Source: Chloroflexota bacterium (GTDB lineage Bacteria > Chloroflexota > Limnocylindria > Limnocylindrales > CSP1-4). From it: 64,000 bases of DNA. The position numbers and the translations under genes were made by a program. The notes beneath the pieces are model-generated. The model was not told where the DNA came from and did no database searches. It saw only the letters and a program-made list of their open reading frames with translations. Location of the stretch: assembly GCA_005882635.1 (NCBI GenBank), contig VBFG01000048.1, forward strand, positions 15,913 to 79,912, read 5' to 3'. Below are positions 55,468 to 64,000 of the stretch, piece by piece. Within the stretch, counting starts at the first letter, position 1; every line of letters starts with the position of its first letter.

Positions 55468-56304
55468 TCAGGCCGCCGGGCGCGGCGGGTCGGGCGTTCG
55501 TGCCGCCTCCGGGGCCCGCGCCGTCAGCTTCGGCGAGCGGCGGACCCCGATCCGGTGGAGCAGGTAGCGCGCCACGACCCGCAGGGTCGATGTGCCGTAG
55601 ACGACGCTGCGCCTGAATCCGACCGAGCTGGCCTCGTCGAAGTACCGCGTCGGAACCGCGATCTCGCCGATCCGCCGGCCCATCCCGGCGGCCACGACCT
55701 GGGCGATCAGCTCCTGGTCGAAGACGAAGTCGTTGCTGTTGAGCTGGTAGGGGATCGTCTCGAGGAGGCGCCGGCTGTACGCCCGCAACCCGGTGTGGTA
55801 CTCGGACAGGCGGAGCCCGAAGGCGAGGTTCTCGACGGTCGTCAGGAAGCGGTTGGAGACGTACTTCCAGCGCGGCATCCCGCCCGCCAGCGGGTCGCCC
55901 AGGAAGCGGCTGCCGAGCATCAGGTGCTTCTCGCCCGACAGGATCGGGGCGATGAGGTCGGGGATCCGGGTCGCGTCGTACTGGTAGTCAGGGTGGAGCA
56001 TCACGACGACGTCGGCGCCCTGCTCCAGCGCCGCCTTGTAGCAGGTCTTCTGGTTGCCGCCGTAGCCCAGGTTCTGCTGGTGGATGATCACGTCGAGCCC
56101 GAGCTGCCGGGCGACGTCGACGGTCTCGTCCTTCGACACGTCGTCGACGAGGATGATCTTGCCGACCAGGTCGTGGGGGATGTCGGCGTACGTCCGCTCA
56201 AGCGTCTTCGCGGCGTTGTAGGCCGGCATCACGACCACCACCTGCGGGTGGCGATCGGGCACGGCGGATCCGGCGCCCGTCGCGGCGTCGATTGGGCGGT
56301 CCAC
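55468..56304 (-). CDS. glycosyltransferase family 2 (polyprenol-phosphate glycosyltransferase-like)
   Basis: VMPAYN, VDDVSKD, NLGYGGNQK, GSRF, HTGLRAY. Confidence 0.9.
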   Translation of the reverse strand: MDRPIDAATGAGSAVPDRHPQVVVVMPAYNAAKTLERTYADIPHDLVGKIILVDDVSKDETVDVARQLGLDVIIHQQNLGYGGNQKTCYKAALEQGADVVVMLHPDYQYDATRIPDLIAPILSGEKHLMLGSRFLGDPLAGGMPRWKYVSNRFLTTVENLAFGLRLSEYHTGLRAYSRRLLETIPYQLNSNDFVFDQELIAQVVAAGMGRRIGEIAVPTRYFDEASSVGFRRSVVYGTSTLRVVARYLLHRIGVRRSPKLTARAPEAARTPDPPRPAA

Positions 56305-56449
56305 GAGGCGACAGCCTACTCGATCACGCCCGCATCGCGGCCGCGCCGCCGGCCGGCCCGTTCGAGGCCCTGACCGGCGTCACCCCATCGACATGGGGCG
56401 CGGCCGCGCCTATGGCACGATGGATCCGACGTCAGCCCACGGAGACAGC

Positions 56450-57052
56450 ATGTTCGAACGCCTCTTCGGCGGGCGGGACCTCGATCCCGAGACCGCCAAG
56501 CGCATCCCGCCCGGCCAGTACAAGACCGACAAGTTCCCGGTCCTCCATTACGGGTCGGTTCCTCGGACCGACCTCGCGACCTGGGACTTCAAGGTCTACG
56601 GCGAGGTCGACAACCCGTTCACGTTGACCTGGGACCAGTACAAGGCCCTGCCCCGCAAGAAGGTGCATACGGACATTCACTGCGTCACCCGCTGGACGAA
56701 GCTCGACACCGACTGGGAGGGCGTCCCGATCCAGGAGATCCTGCGCCTCGCCCAGGTTCGGCCGACGGCGACCCACGTCGTGTCGCACGCCGAGCAGGGC
56801 TACACCGCAAACGTCCCGCTGTCGGTCCTCGATGACGAGGACGTCCTGCTCGCCGACACGTACGACGGCCAGCCGCTCGAGCTCGAGCACGGCTACCCGC
56901 TCCGCCTCTTCGTCCCGAAGAAATACTTCTGGAAGAGCAGCAAGTGGGTCCGCGGGCTGGAGTTTCTCGACCACGACCAGCTCGGCTTCTGGGAGCGCTA
57001 CGGCTACAACAACTCAGCCGATCCCTGGAAGGAAGAGCGCTTCGCCGAGTAG
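56450..57052 (+). CDS. sulfite oxidase-like molybdopterin oxidoreductase (YuiH-like)
   Basis: RIPPGQ, FPVLH, DIHCVTRW, EHGYPLRL, YFWKSSKW, GFWER. Confidence 0.92.
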   Translation: MFERLFGGRDLDPETAKRIPPGQYKTDKFPVLHYGSVPRTDLATWDFKVYGEVDNPFTLTWDQYKALPRKKVHTDIHCVTRWTKLDTDWEGVPIQEILRLAQVRPTATHVVSHAEQGYTANVPLSVLDDEDVLLADTYDGQPLELEHGYPLRLFVPKKYFWKSSKWVRGLEFLDHDQLGFWERYGYNNSADPWKEERFAE

Positions 57053-57064
57053 CACGGGGCCGAG

Positions 57065-58483
57065 ATGTCCGACGCCGTCACGATCGATCCGACCGACGTC
57101 GAGCCGTTCCTCGACGCGAACCGCACGCGGCGGATGGCCTCGTACATCGACTTCGTCCGGATTCCGAGCGTCTCCGCGCTCCCCGAGCACGCCGCCGATT
57201 GTCGGGCGGCCGCCGATTGGCTGAGCCGGGACCTGGTCGCAAGCGGCTTCGAACACGTGACCGTGGGCGAGACCGGCGGGCATCCGGTCGTCTACGGCGA
57301 CTGGCTCCACGCCGACGGCGCTCCCACCGTCATCGCCTACGGGCACTACGACGTGCAGCCGGCGGACCCTCTCGAGCTGTGGGAGTCGCCGCCGTTCGAC
57401 CCGATCCTCCGTGACAACCGGTTGATCGCCAGGGGCGCCGAGGACAACAAGTCCTGCGTCCAGATGCACGTCAGGGCCGCGGAAGCCCTGCTCCAGACTC
57501 GCGGTCGCCTGCCGCTGAATCTCAAGCTCCTCGTCGAAGGTGAGGAGGAGAGCGGATCGGCTCACCTGGACAGCTGGCTCGAAGCTCATCGGGACCTCCT
57601 GCGGGCGGACGTCGCCGTCATCTCCGACACCGACTTCTTCGAGGGCAACCGTCCCGCGCTCTGTCTAGGGGTCCGCGGGCTCCTGCAGGTCCAGATCGAC
57701 GTGACCGGGCCCGATCGCGACCTCCACTCGGGCGCGTACGGCGGGGCCGTCGCCAACCCGATCCAGGCGCTCGCGGCGATCCTCGACGCCCTCAAGGGCG
57801 CCGACGGACGGATCCACATCCCGCGCTTCTACGACGATGTCGTCGACATCAGCCCGGCCGAGCGGGCCGCGCTCGCCGACCTGCCGTTCGACGAGGACGA
57901 GTTCCGGTCGTCCCTGGGAGTCGACGTGCTGACCGGGGAGCCGGGATACACGACGCTCGAACGAAAGACGGCGCGGCCGACCCTGGATGCGAACGGGATC
58001 TGGGGAGGGTTCTCCGGGGTCGGATCCAAGACGATCATCCCGGCCGAGGCTCACGCCAAGGTGAGCTGCCGGCTTGTCCCCGAGCAACGTCCGGACAGGA
58101 TCCTCCAGGAGCTCGGCGACCACGTCCGTCGGATCACGCCACCGGGCGTCCACGTCGAGGTCATCGAGCTCGGATCGGGACTCCCATCGCTGACGCCGAT
58201 CGATCATCCGGCGACGATCGCCGCCGCCCGGTCGATCGAGGCGACCTTCGGCGTGGCGCCACTCTTCTACCGCGCGGGCGGCAGCGTCCCGGTGACGGCC
58301 AGCTTCGGCGATCTCCTGGGGCTGCCGGTCGTCCTGATGGGCTTCGCCCCGCCCGACAGCCAGGCCCACAGCCCGAACGAATGGATGGATCTGGCCAACT
58401 TCGAGACGGGAATCCGGACGATCGCGCGCTACTGGGACGAGCTCGGCCGGCTCCGTCCGGAGGACCTCCGCGTTCCGTCCTGA
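57065..58483 (+). CDS. M20 family dipeptidase
   Basis: YGHYDVQP, ARGAEDNK, EGEEESGS, DLHSG, HSPNE. Confidence 0.92.
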   Translation: MSDAVTIDPTDVEPFLDANRTRRMASYIDFVRIPSVSALPEHAADCRAAADWLSRDLVASGFEHVTVGETGGHPVVYGDWLHADGAPTVIAYGHYDVQPADPLELWESPPFDPILRDNRLIARGAEDNKSCVQMHVRAAEALLQTRGRLPLNLKLLVEGEEESGSAHLDSWLEAHRDLLRADVAVISDTDFFEGNRPALCLGVRGLLQVQIDVTGPDRDLHSGAYGGAVANPIQALAAILDALKGADGRIHIPRFYDDVVDISPAERAALADLPFDEDEFRSSLGVDVLTGEPGYTTLERKTARPTLDANGIWGGFSGVGSKTIIPAEAHAKVSCRLVPEQRPDRILQELGDHVRRITPPGVHVEVIELGSGLPSLTPIDHPATIAAARSIEATFGVAPLFYRAGGSVPVTASFGDLLGLPVVLMGFAPPDSQAHSPNEWMDLANFETGIRTIARYWDELGRLRPEDLRVPS

Positions 58484-58527
58484 CAAAGCGCGGGCCGCGG
58501 CATCCATCCGGGCAGAGACCGGGTTCG

Positions 58528-60648
58528 TCAGACGGCTTCGGCGAGGGCCTCCACGAACTGGCTCTGGTAGAGGTCCGCGTAGGCGCCGCCGCGAGCGAGC
58601 AGCTCGTCGTGGGTGCCCTGCTCGACGATCCGTCCGCGCTGCATGACGAGGATCGTGTCGGCGTCGCGGATCGTGGAGAGCCGGTGGGCGATGACGAAGG
58701 TCGTCCGGCCGCGCATCAGGCGGGCCATCGCCCGCTGGATGAGGACCTCGGTGCGCGTGTCGACCGACGACGTCGCCTCGTCGAGGATCAGGATCGGCGG
58801 GTCGGCCAGGAACGCCCGGGCGATCGTCAGCAGCTGCTTCTCGCCGGCCGAGACGTTCGTCGCGTCGTCGTCGATGACCGTTTCGTAGCCGTCCGGCAGC
58901 GTCCGGACGAAGTGGTCGACGTGGGCCGCCTCGGCCGCCGCGTGGAGCTCCTCGTCGGTCGCGTCGAGCCGCCCGTAGGCGATGTTTTCGCGGACCGTGC
59001 CGTGGAAGAGCCACGTGTCCTGGAGGACCATGCCGAACGCCCGCCGCAGCGCGTCGCGATGGAGGTCACGCGTGTCGATCCCGTCGATCGTGATCCGCCC
59101 GCTCTCCAGCTCGTAGAACCGCATGAGGAGGTTGACGAGGGTCGTCTTGCCGGCACCGGTCGGGCCGACGATCGCGACGGTTCGCCCGGCCGCGACGTTC
59201 AGCGACAGGTCCTCGATCAGCGGCTTGTCGGGCTCGTAGCGGAACGAGATGTCCTCGAACGAGACGGCGCCCTTCGGTTCGCGGAACGCCGGGGCGCCAA
59301 CCGGATCGGCCGACTGCTCCCTCTCGTCGAGCAGCTCGAAGACCCGCTCGGCCGAGGCGACCGCCGACTGGAGGACATTGACGATGCTCGCCGTCTGGAT
59401 GATCGGGAAGGTGAACTGTCGCGAGTACTGGATGAAGGCGACGACGTCGCCGAGGCTCATCTGGCCCGACGCGACCCGGAGGCCGCCGATGACGGCGATC
59501 GCGACGTAGTTCAGGTTCGAGATGAACGTCATTGCCGGCTGGATGATCCCGGAGATGAATTGCGCCCGGGAGCTTGCCTCGTAGAGCCGTCCGTTCTCTT
59601 CGTCGAACCGCTCGACGGCCTCCCGCTGCCGACCGAACGCCTTGACGATCGCGTGCCCGGTGTGCATCTCCTCGACGTGGCCGTTGAGCGCTCCGGTGGA
59701 GGCCCACTGGGCGACGAATTGCTGCTGCGAGCGGCGGACGATGAAGACGGTCACGAACAGCGACGCCGGCACGGCCAGCAGGGAGACGACGGCGAGGATC
59801 GGGCTGATCGTCAACATCATGATCAGGACGCCGACGATCGTGAGCAGAGAGGTGATCAGCTGGGTCAGGCTCTGCTGGAGCGACTGGCCGATGTTGTCGA
59901 TGTCGTTCGTGACCCGACTCAGCAGGTCGCCGCGGGGATGGCTGTCGAAGTAGCGGAGCGGCAGTCGGCCCAGCTTGTGGTCGACGTCCCGGCGGAGGCG
60001 AAGGACCGTGCGCTGGGTGACGCCGGCCATGATGTAGCCCTGGGCCCAGGCGAAGAGCGAGCTGATGACGTAGACCGCGACGAGGAGCGCGAGGATGCCG
60101 CCCAGGGCGCCGAAGTCGATTCCGCTCGGGGACAGGTGGAGCGCCGCGATCATGTCGGCCTGGTCGCCCTTGCCCTGGGTCCGCAGGATCGCGATGAGCT
60201 GCTCCTGAGTCAGGCCGTTCTTCAGGAGCTGACTTCCGAGCGCGCCCTCGAAGATGCGGTTGATGGCGTCGCCCAGGATCCGCGGGCCGATGATCGCGAA
60301 CGACACGCTGATGACCGCGAGCACCAGCACGAATGCAATCCGGGGCGCCTCGGGCTGGAGTTGAGCGAACAGCCGCTGCAGCGAGCCGCGGAAGTCCTTC
60401 GATTTCTGGGGTGGCAGGCCCATGCCCATGCCGAACATCCCCGGACCGCCGCCGGGACGCCCGCCGGGGCCTCCCGGCCGGCCGGGGCCGGCGAAGCCGC
60501 CGGGCCGGCCGAAGCCCGCAGAGCCGCCGCTCGGCTGACCGCCGGGTCCGCCGAATCCAGCGGGCCGGACGCCCGGTCCCGAACCGTTGCCGCCCGGACC
60601 CGACCCGTCGCCGCTCGGCCGTCCGCCCATCGGTCGGTCGCCGCTCAT
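58528..60648 (-). CDS. ABC exporter ATP-binding/permease subunit (Gly/Pro-rich N-terminus)
   Basis: SRVTNDID, GPTGAGKT, SAGEKQ, LDEATS. Confidence 0.93.
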   Translation of the reverse strand: MSGDRPMGGRPSGDGSGPGGNGSGPGVRPAGFGGPGGQPSGGSAGFGRPGGFAGPGRPGGPGGRPGGGPGMFGMGMGLPPQKSKDFRGSLQRLFAQLQPEAPRIAFVLVLAVISVSFAIIGPRILGDAINRIFEGALGSQLLKNGLTQEQLIAILRTQGKGDQADMIAALHLSPSGIDFGALGGILALLVAVYVISSLFAWAQGYIMAGVTQRTVLRLRRDVDHKLGRLPLRYFDSHPRGDLLSRVTNDIDNIGQSLQQSLTQLITSLLTIVGVLIMMLTISPILAVVSLLAVPASLFVTVFIVRRSQQQFVAQWASTGALNGHVEEMHTGHAIVKAFGRQREAVERFDEENGRLYEASSRAQFISGIIQPAMTFISNLNYVAIAVIGGLRVASGQMSLGDVVAFIQYSRQFTFPIIQTASIVNVLQSAVASAERVFELLDEREQSADPVGAPAFREPKGAVSFEDISFRYEPDKPLIEDLSLNVAAGRTVAIVGPTGAGKTTLVNLLMRFYELESGRITIDGIDTRDLHRDALRRAFGMVLQDTWLFHGTVRENIAYGRLDATDEELHAAAEAAHVDHFVRTLPDGYETVIDDDATNVSAGEKQLLTIARAFLADPPILILDEATSSVDTRTEVLIQRAMARLMRGRTTFVIAHRLSTIRDADTILVMQRGRIVEQGTHDELLARGGAYADLYQSQFVEALAEAV

Positions 60649-62387
60649 GCCACGGCCTCCGCCTCGGACAGCTGCGAGTAGACGATCTCCCGATACGTCT
60701 CGTTCGTGTCGAGGAGCTCGCGATGCGTCCCGATCCCGACGACGCGGCCGGCGTCCATCACCACGATCCGATCGGCGTTCAGGATCGTCCCGACGCGCTG
60801 GGCGACGATGATCTTCGTGGCCCGCCGGATGTTGCGGTCGAGGGCGGCCCGCAGGCGCGCGTCCGTCGTGAAGTCGAGCGCGCTGAAGCTGTCGTCGAAG
60901 ACGTAGATCGGCGCGTCCTTCACGATCGCCCGGGCGATGGCGAGGCGCTGCCGCTGGCCGCCGGACACGTTCGTGCCGCCCTGGGTGATCTCGGCGTCCA
61001 GGCCGCCGTCCATTTCCTCGACGAAGTCCCGGGCCTGGGCGATGTCGAGCGCGCGCCAGATCTCGTCCTCGGTCGCGTCGGCCTTCCCGAACCGGACGTT
61101 GCTGCCGACCGTGCCGCTGAACAGGAATGCCTTCTGGGGGACCACCCCGATCTCCGCCCAGAGGTCCTCCCGGGCGAGCGACCGGACGTCGACGCCGTCG
61201 ACGAGGACGGCGCCCTCGGTCGAGTCGTAGAACCGCGGGATCAGGTTGACGACCGTCGTCTTGCCGCTGCCGGTGCTGCCGACGATCGCCGTGGTCTCGC
61301 CCGGCGCCGCCGTGAACGACACGCCGCGCAGGACCGGCTCCTCGGCGCCGGGATAGCGGAACTCGACGTCCCGGAACTCGACGAGGCCCCGCTCCTCCGA
61401 ATGCCGATCGAGCGCGACGGGTGCCTCCGGATCGTGGATCGTGGGTTGCGTGTCGAGGACCTCGCGGATGCGACCAGACGACACCGCCGCGCGGGGGATC
61501 AGGACGAACATGAAGACCGCGGTGAGGACCGCGAACAGGATCTGGAGCAGGTACTGGAGGAAGGCGGTCAGGTTGCCGATCGGCATCGCCCCGGCCTCGA
61601 CCCGCATCGCCCCGAACCACAGGACGGCGACGGTCGACAGGTTGAGGATCCCGGTCATCGTCGGGATCGTGATCGCGAACAGGCGGGTCACTCGGAGCTG
61701 GGTGTCGAAGAGGTCCTCGCTGGCGGTCTCGAACCGCGCCTCCTCGTGGCGCGTCCGCACGAAGGCCCGAATGACGCGGACGCCGGCGAGCGTCTCGCGC
61801 ATCACCTGGTTGATCCGGTCAAGCTTCGCCTGCGTCGCCCGGAACAGGGGGATTGCCCGGCTCATGACGACGGCGATGACGAGCGCCATCAACGGGATGA
61901 CGACGACGAGGAGACCCGACAGCGGGACGTCCGTCCGGAGGGCCATGATGATCCCGCCAACGATCAGGATCGGGGCGGAGATCATGATCGTCAGGGCCAG
62001 GAAGACGAGCTGCTGGACCTGCTGGACGTCGTTCGTGTTGCGGGTGATCAGCGAGGCCGGTCCGAAGTGGTTGACCTCGACCTGGCTGAACGTCTCGACC
62101 TTGGCGAAGATCGAGCTCCGGACGTCGCGGCCGAAGCTCATCGCGATGCGGGAGCTGAGGTACACGGCGGCCACCGCCGCGACACCGAGCAGGGCCGTCA
62201 CGACGAGCATCAGCCCACCGACACGGAGGATGTGGTCGTTGTCGCCCTTGGCGACGCCGTTGTTGATGATGTCGCCGTTCAGGTCGGGCAGGTAGAGGTT
62301 GCCGATCGCCTGCACCAGCAGGAGGCCCATCACGACCAGGAGGGGGCCGCTGTACGGCCGGAGATACGTTCGCAGCAGGCCGATCAC
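60645..62387 (-). CDS. ABC exporter ATP-binding/permease subunit (degenerate NBD partner)
   Basis: SLITRNTNDV, GSTGSGKT, SGGQRQR, FDDSFSALD; heterodimeric TM287/288-like pair. Confidence 0.93.
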   Translation of the reverse strand: MIGLLRTYLRPYSGPLLVVMGLLLVQAIGNLYLPDLNGDIINNGVAKGDNDHILRVGGLMLVVTALLGVAAVAAVYLSSRIAMSFGRDVRSSIFAKVETFSQVEVNHFGPASLITRNTNDVQQVQQLVFLALTIMISAPILIVGGIIMALRTDVPLSGLLVVVIPLMALVIAVVMSRAIPLFRATQAKLDRINQVMRETLAGVRVIRAFVRTRHEEARFETASEDLFDTQLRVTRLFAITIPTMTGILNLSTVAVLWFGAMRVEAGAMPIGNLTAFLQYLLQILFAVLTAVFMFVLIPRAAVSSGRIREVLDTQPTIHDPEAPVALDRHSEERGLVEFRDVEFRYPGAEEPVLRGVSFTAAPGETTAIVGSTGSGKTTVVNLIPRFYDSTEGAVLVDGVDVRSLAREDLWAEIGVVPQKAFLFSGTVGSNVRFGKADATEDEIWRALDIAQARDFVEEMDGGLDAEITQGGTNVSGGQRQRLAIARAIVKDAPIYVFDDSFSALDFTTDARLRAALDRNIRRATKIIVAQRVGTILNADRIVVMDAGRVVGIGTHRELLDTNETYREIVYSQLSEAEAVA

Positions 62388-62971
62388 GCGCGGGGCTCCG
62401 GAGGGGCGTCGGGGCGATCGACGGACGCGTCGGGCGCGGGAGTCGCGGCGGTTGTGGCGGTCGCCGCGTGCTCGGCGTGCATCGCCTCGCGGGCCTTACG
62501 GATGGCGCTCAGACCGACCTGGAGAGCGCCGAGCTCCTCGTCGCTGAGCTTGCCGAGGAGGGCGGCGAGCCGCTCCCGGCGTTGCTCGGTCATCGTCCGG
62601 AAGACGGCGATGCCGGCCTCGGTCGGGACCACCAGGACGACCCGCCGGTCGTCATCGGTGTGGCGCCGCTCGACGATGTTGCGCTCCTCCATCCGGCTGA
62701 CGATGCCGGTGGCGCTGGCGACGGACACGTCGAGCATGTCGGCGAGGCGGGACATCGGGAGGGGGCCGTCGGCCTCGAGGGTCGAGAGGACGTGGAGATG
62801 GATCAGACTCAGCGATCCCTTGAGCCACGACCGGAACGCATTCATCCGATCCCGGGCTGACCACGACGTCATCTCGCCGATGAGGTCGGCGATCAGCGCA
62901 TCCCGGCTTCGCTTGGCGCCGGCCTTCGACCGCGTGGATTCCTTGCGCGCCGGACTGATATTCAATGACAC
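62384..62971 (-). CDS. MarR family transcriptional regulator
   Basis: LPMSRLAD..ASATGIVSRME..VER..DDRRVV..T..G. Confidence 0.9.
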   Translation of the reverse strand: MSLNISPARKESTRSKAGAKRSRDALIADLIGEMTSWSARDRMNAFRSWLKGSLSLIHLHVLSTLEADGPLPMSRLADMLDVSVASATGIVSRMEERNIVERRHTDDDRRVVLVVPTEAGIAVFRTMTEQRRERLAALLGKLSDEELGALQVGLSAIRKAREAMHAEHAATATTAATPAPDASVDRPDAPPEPRA

Positions 62972-63008
62972 ATTGACAATCTATGCGACCCGCAAGGATT
63001 TCGTCAAG
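62962..63008 (-). promoter_or_regulatory. leaderless promoter with palindromic MarR operator candidate
   Basis: Minus strand TTGACG-N18-TAGATT, 6 nt before GTG; palindrome TCAATG-ACA-CATTGA (62962-62976) covers the start codon. Confidence 0.6.
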
Positions 63009-63034
63009 AGGCGTGCCGGCCAGGCCGGGCGGGA

Positions 63035-63799
63035 TCAGCTCCGGCGGGATCCGAGGAGGCGGGCGTCCGGGGCCAGGAGGCGGAGGCGCCGTTCGAGGAA
63101 GAAGATCTCGCGGTCGATCACGCGGAGCAGCGTCCGGAGACGCGCTTCCGTCGTCTCGGCCTCGAGGAGCGCCTGGCGGCGCGGCGACTCGACCTGGAGG
63201 ATCCCGGCGAGCAGGTACGACAGGACCGTCGGGTCGTCCGGGATCATCACTCGACGTTTGCGCGGCTCGTCGTCGCCGGTCTCGGGGTCGCCCGCGTCGG
63301 GCTCGCCGCCCTCACCCTCCGGCTCGTCATCAGCCTCGACCTCGACCCGAACGTCGATCTCGTCGGCCGTCTCGCCCGACCGCGGCTGGAGGAGCTCGAG
63401 GTAGGACACGAAGTGCCGCGTCGCCATCATCGCCAGCCGATGGGCTGCCTCCGGGTCGCCGACATGCTCGTCCAGCACGTCGACCTCCGCGACGAGGTAC
63501 GGCCGGCGACCGCTCAGCACCCGCCGGATCTCGAACCGGCGGGTGCCGACGACGAGGAGGTCGAAGCGGCCGTCCTCGTACTTCCCCGCGTCGCGGATCT
63601 CGGCGATCGTTCCGATGCCGGTGAACGCGATCGCACCCGTCCCGACCTCCCGACCCTCGCGGATCAGCACGATCCCGAACGGAGACGTCGTGTCGATGCA
63701 ATGCCGGACGAGAGCCCGATAGCGGTCCTCGAAGATGTGGAGGGGCAGGGCGATCCCCGGGCAGAGCACCGTGTTCAGCGGGAACAGGGGCAGTTCCAT
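63035..63799 (-). CDS. LON peptidase substrate-binding domain protein
   Basis: LPLFPL, LHIFEDRY, FGIV, DGRFDL..GTRRF, RQALLE. Confidence 0.9.
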   Translation of the reverse strand: MELPLFPLNTVLCPGIALPLHIFEDRYRALVRHCIDTTSPFGIVLIREGREVGTGAIAFTGIGTIAEIRDAGKYEDGRFDLLVVGTRRFEIRRVLSGRRPYLVAEVDVLDEHVGDPEAAHRLAMMATRHFVSYLELLQPRSGETADEIDVRVEVEADDEPEGEGGEPDAGDPETGDDEPRKRRVMIPDDPTVLSYLLAGILQVESPRRQALLEAETTEARLRTLLRVIDREIFFLERRLRLLAPDARLLGSRRS

Positions 63800-63883
63800 C
63801 GCCGCGACATTGTCGCGGGGTTGACTCCGCTCTCGCGTGACGACGCTGCAACGGTTGCATGGATGATGTCGTCGAGGGGTGGC

Positions 63884-64000
63884 ATGGACTGGTATCGCTC
63901 GAAGCGCGCGATCGTGGCCGAGCTCGACGGTGTGGTCGGGCGTCTCGCCGCGGCCGGCGTCTCGCCGGACGCGGTCACGCTGGCCGCCGTACCGGTGGCC
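63884..64000 (+). CDS. CDP-alcohol phosphatidyltransferase family protein (partial, 5' end)
   Basis: GAGGGG SD; MDWYRSK...LAAAGVSPDAVT is typical of this family's N-terminus; runs off the window. Confidence 0.6.
   Translation, partial: MDWYRSKRAIVAELDGVVGRLAAAGVSPDAVTLAAVPVA

Noticed and set aside
58528-62387. Degenerate ABC motifs (SAGEKQ, FDDS)
   Set aside because: Normal for heterodimeric ABC exporters with one degenerate ATPase site.
20-63978. Many long overlapping or antisense ORFs in the six-frame track (e.g. 3569-5161, 16415-18406, 38430-40781, 40995-43694, 58381-60681, 60333-63404)
   Set aside because: Shadow ORFs caused by high GC and stop-poor alternative frames; they are Arg/Pro/Gly-rich or antisense mirrors of well-supported genes.

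Overview
This 64 kb window is very GC-rich bacterial chromosome. Gene content and style suggest Chloroflexota, possibly a Limnocylindria-like lineage (inference only). I annotate about 60 CDSs and two tRNA genes. I see no CRISPR array, integrase, transposase, rRNA or prophage structural genes. Main blocks: (1) tRNA-Arg(TCG) followed by a small accessory region with an acidic secreted protein, a C39-like/SH3 hydrolase and an acidic mini-protein. (2) Housekeeping and redox genes: a ThDP enzyme, an F420/NADP oxidoreductase and a three-gene transhydrogenase. (3) A cupredoxin-AlaX-YbaK-MgtC run next to a large AAA-LuxR regulator. (4) An intact tRNA-Ile with a TAT anticodon, which is rare in bacteria. 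(5) A PLP C-S lyase and a rhodanese-like protein, and a DNA ligase and a GNAT; each pair is divergent with back-to-back -10 boxes and no room for leaders. (6) A ~22 kb methylated-amine/betaine catabolic cluster (30950-52844). It holds an Fe-ADH, a re-ordered sarcosine oxidase-like complex with an Fe-S alpha subunit, two DMG dehydrogenase/oxidase-like enzymes, two pyrrolysine-free MttB-family methyltransferases, an enolase-superfamily enzyme, a family-5 ABC importer and IclR. (7) A GT2/flippase pair, a molybdo-oxidoreductase, an M20 peptidase and a MarR-controlled ABC exporter. The strongest leads are the tRNA-Ile(UAU) (with tRNA-Arg(UCG)), the unusual betaine-type cluster, several proteins with replaced catalytic residues, and the C39-SH3 plus acidic peptide module. 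All functional calls come from motif recognition by eye; no searches were run.
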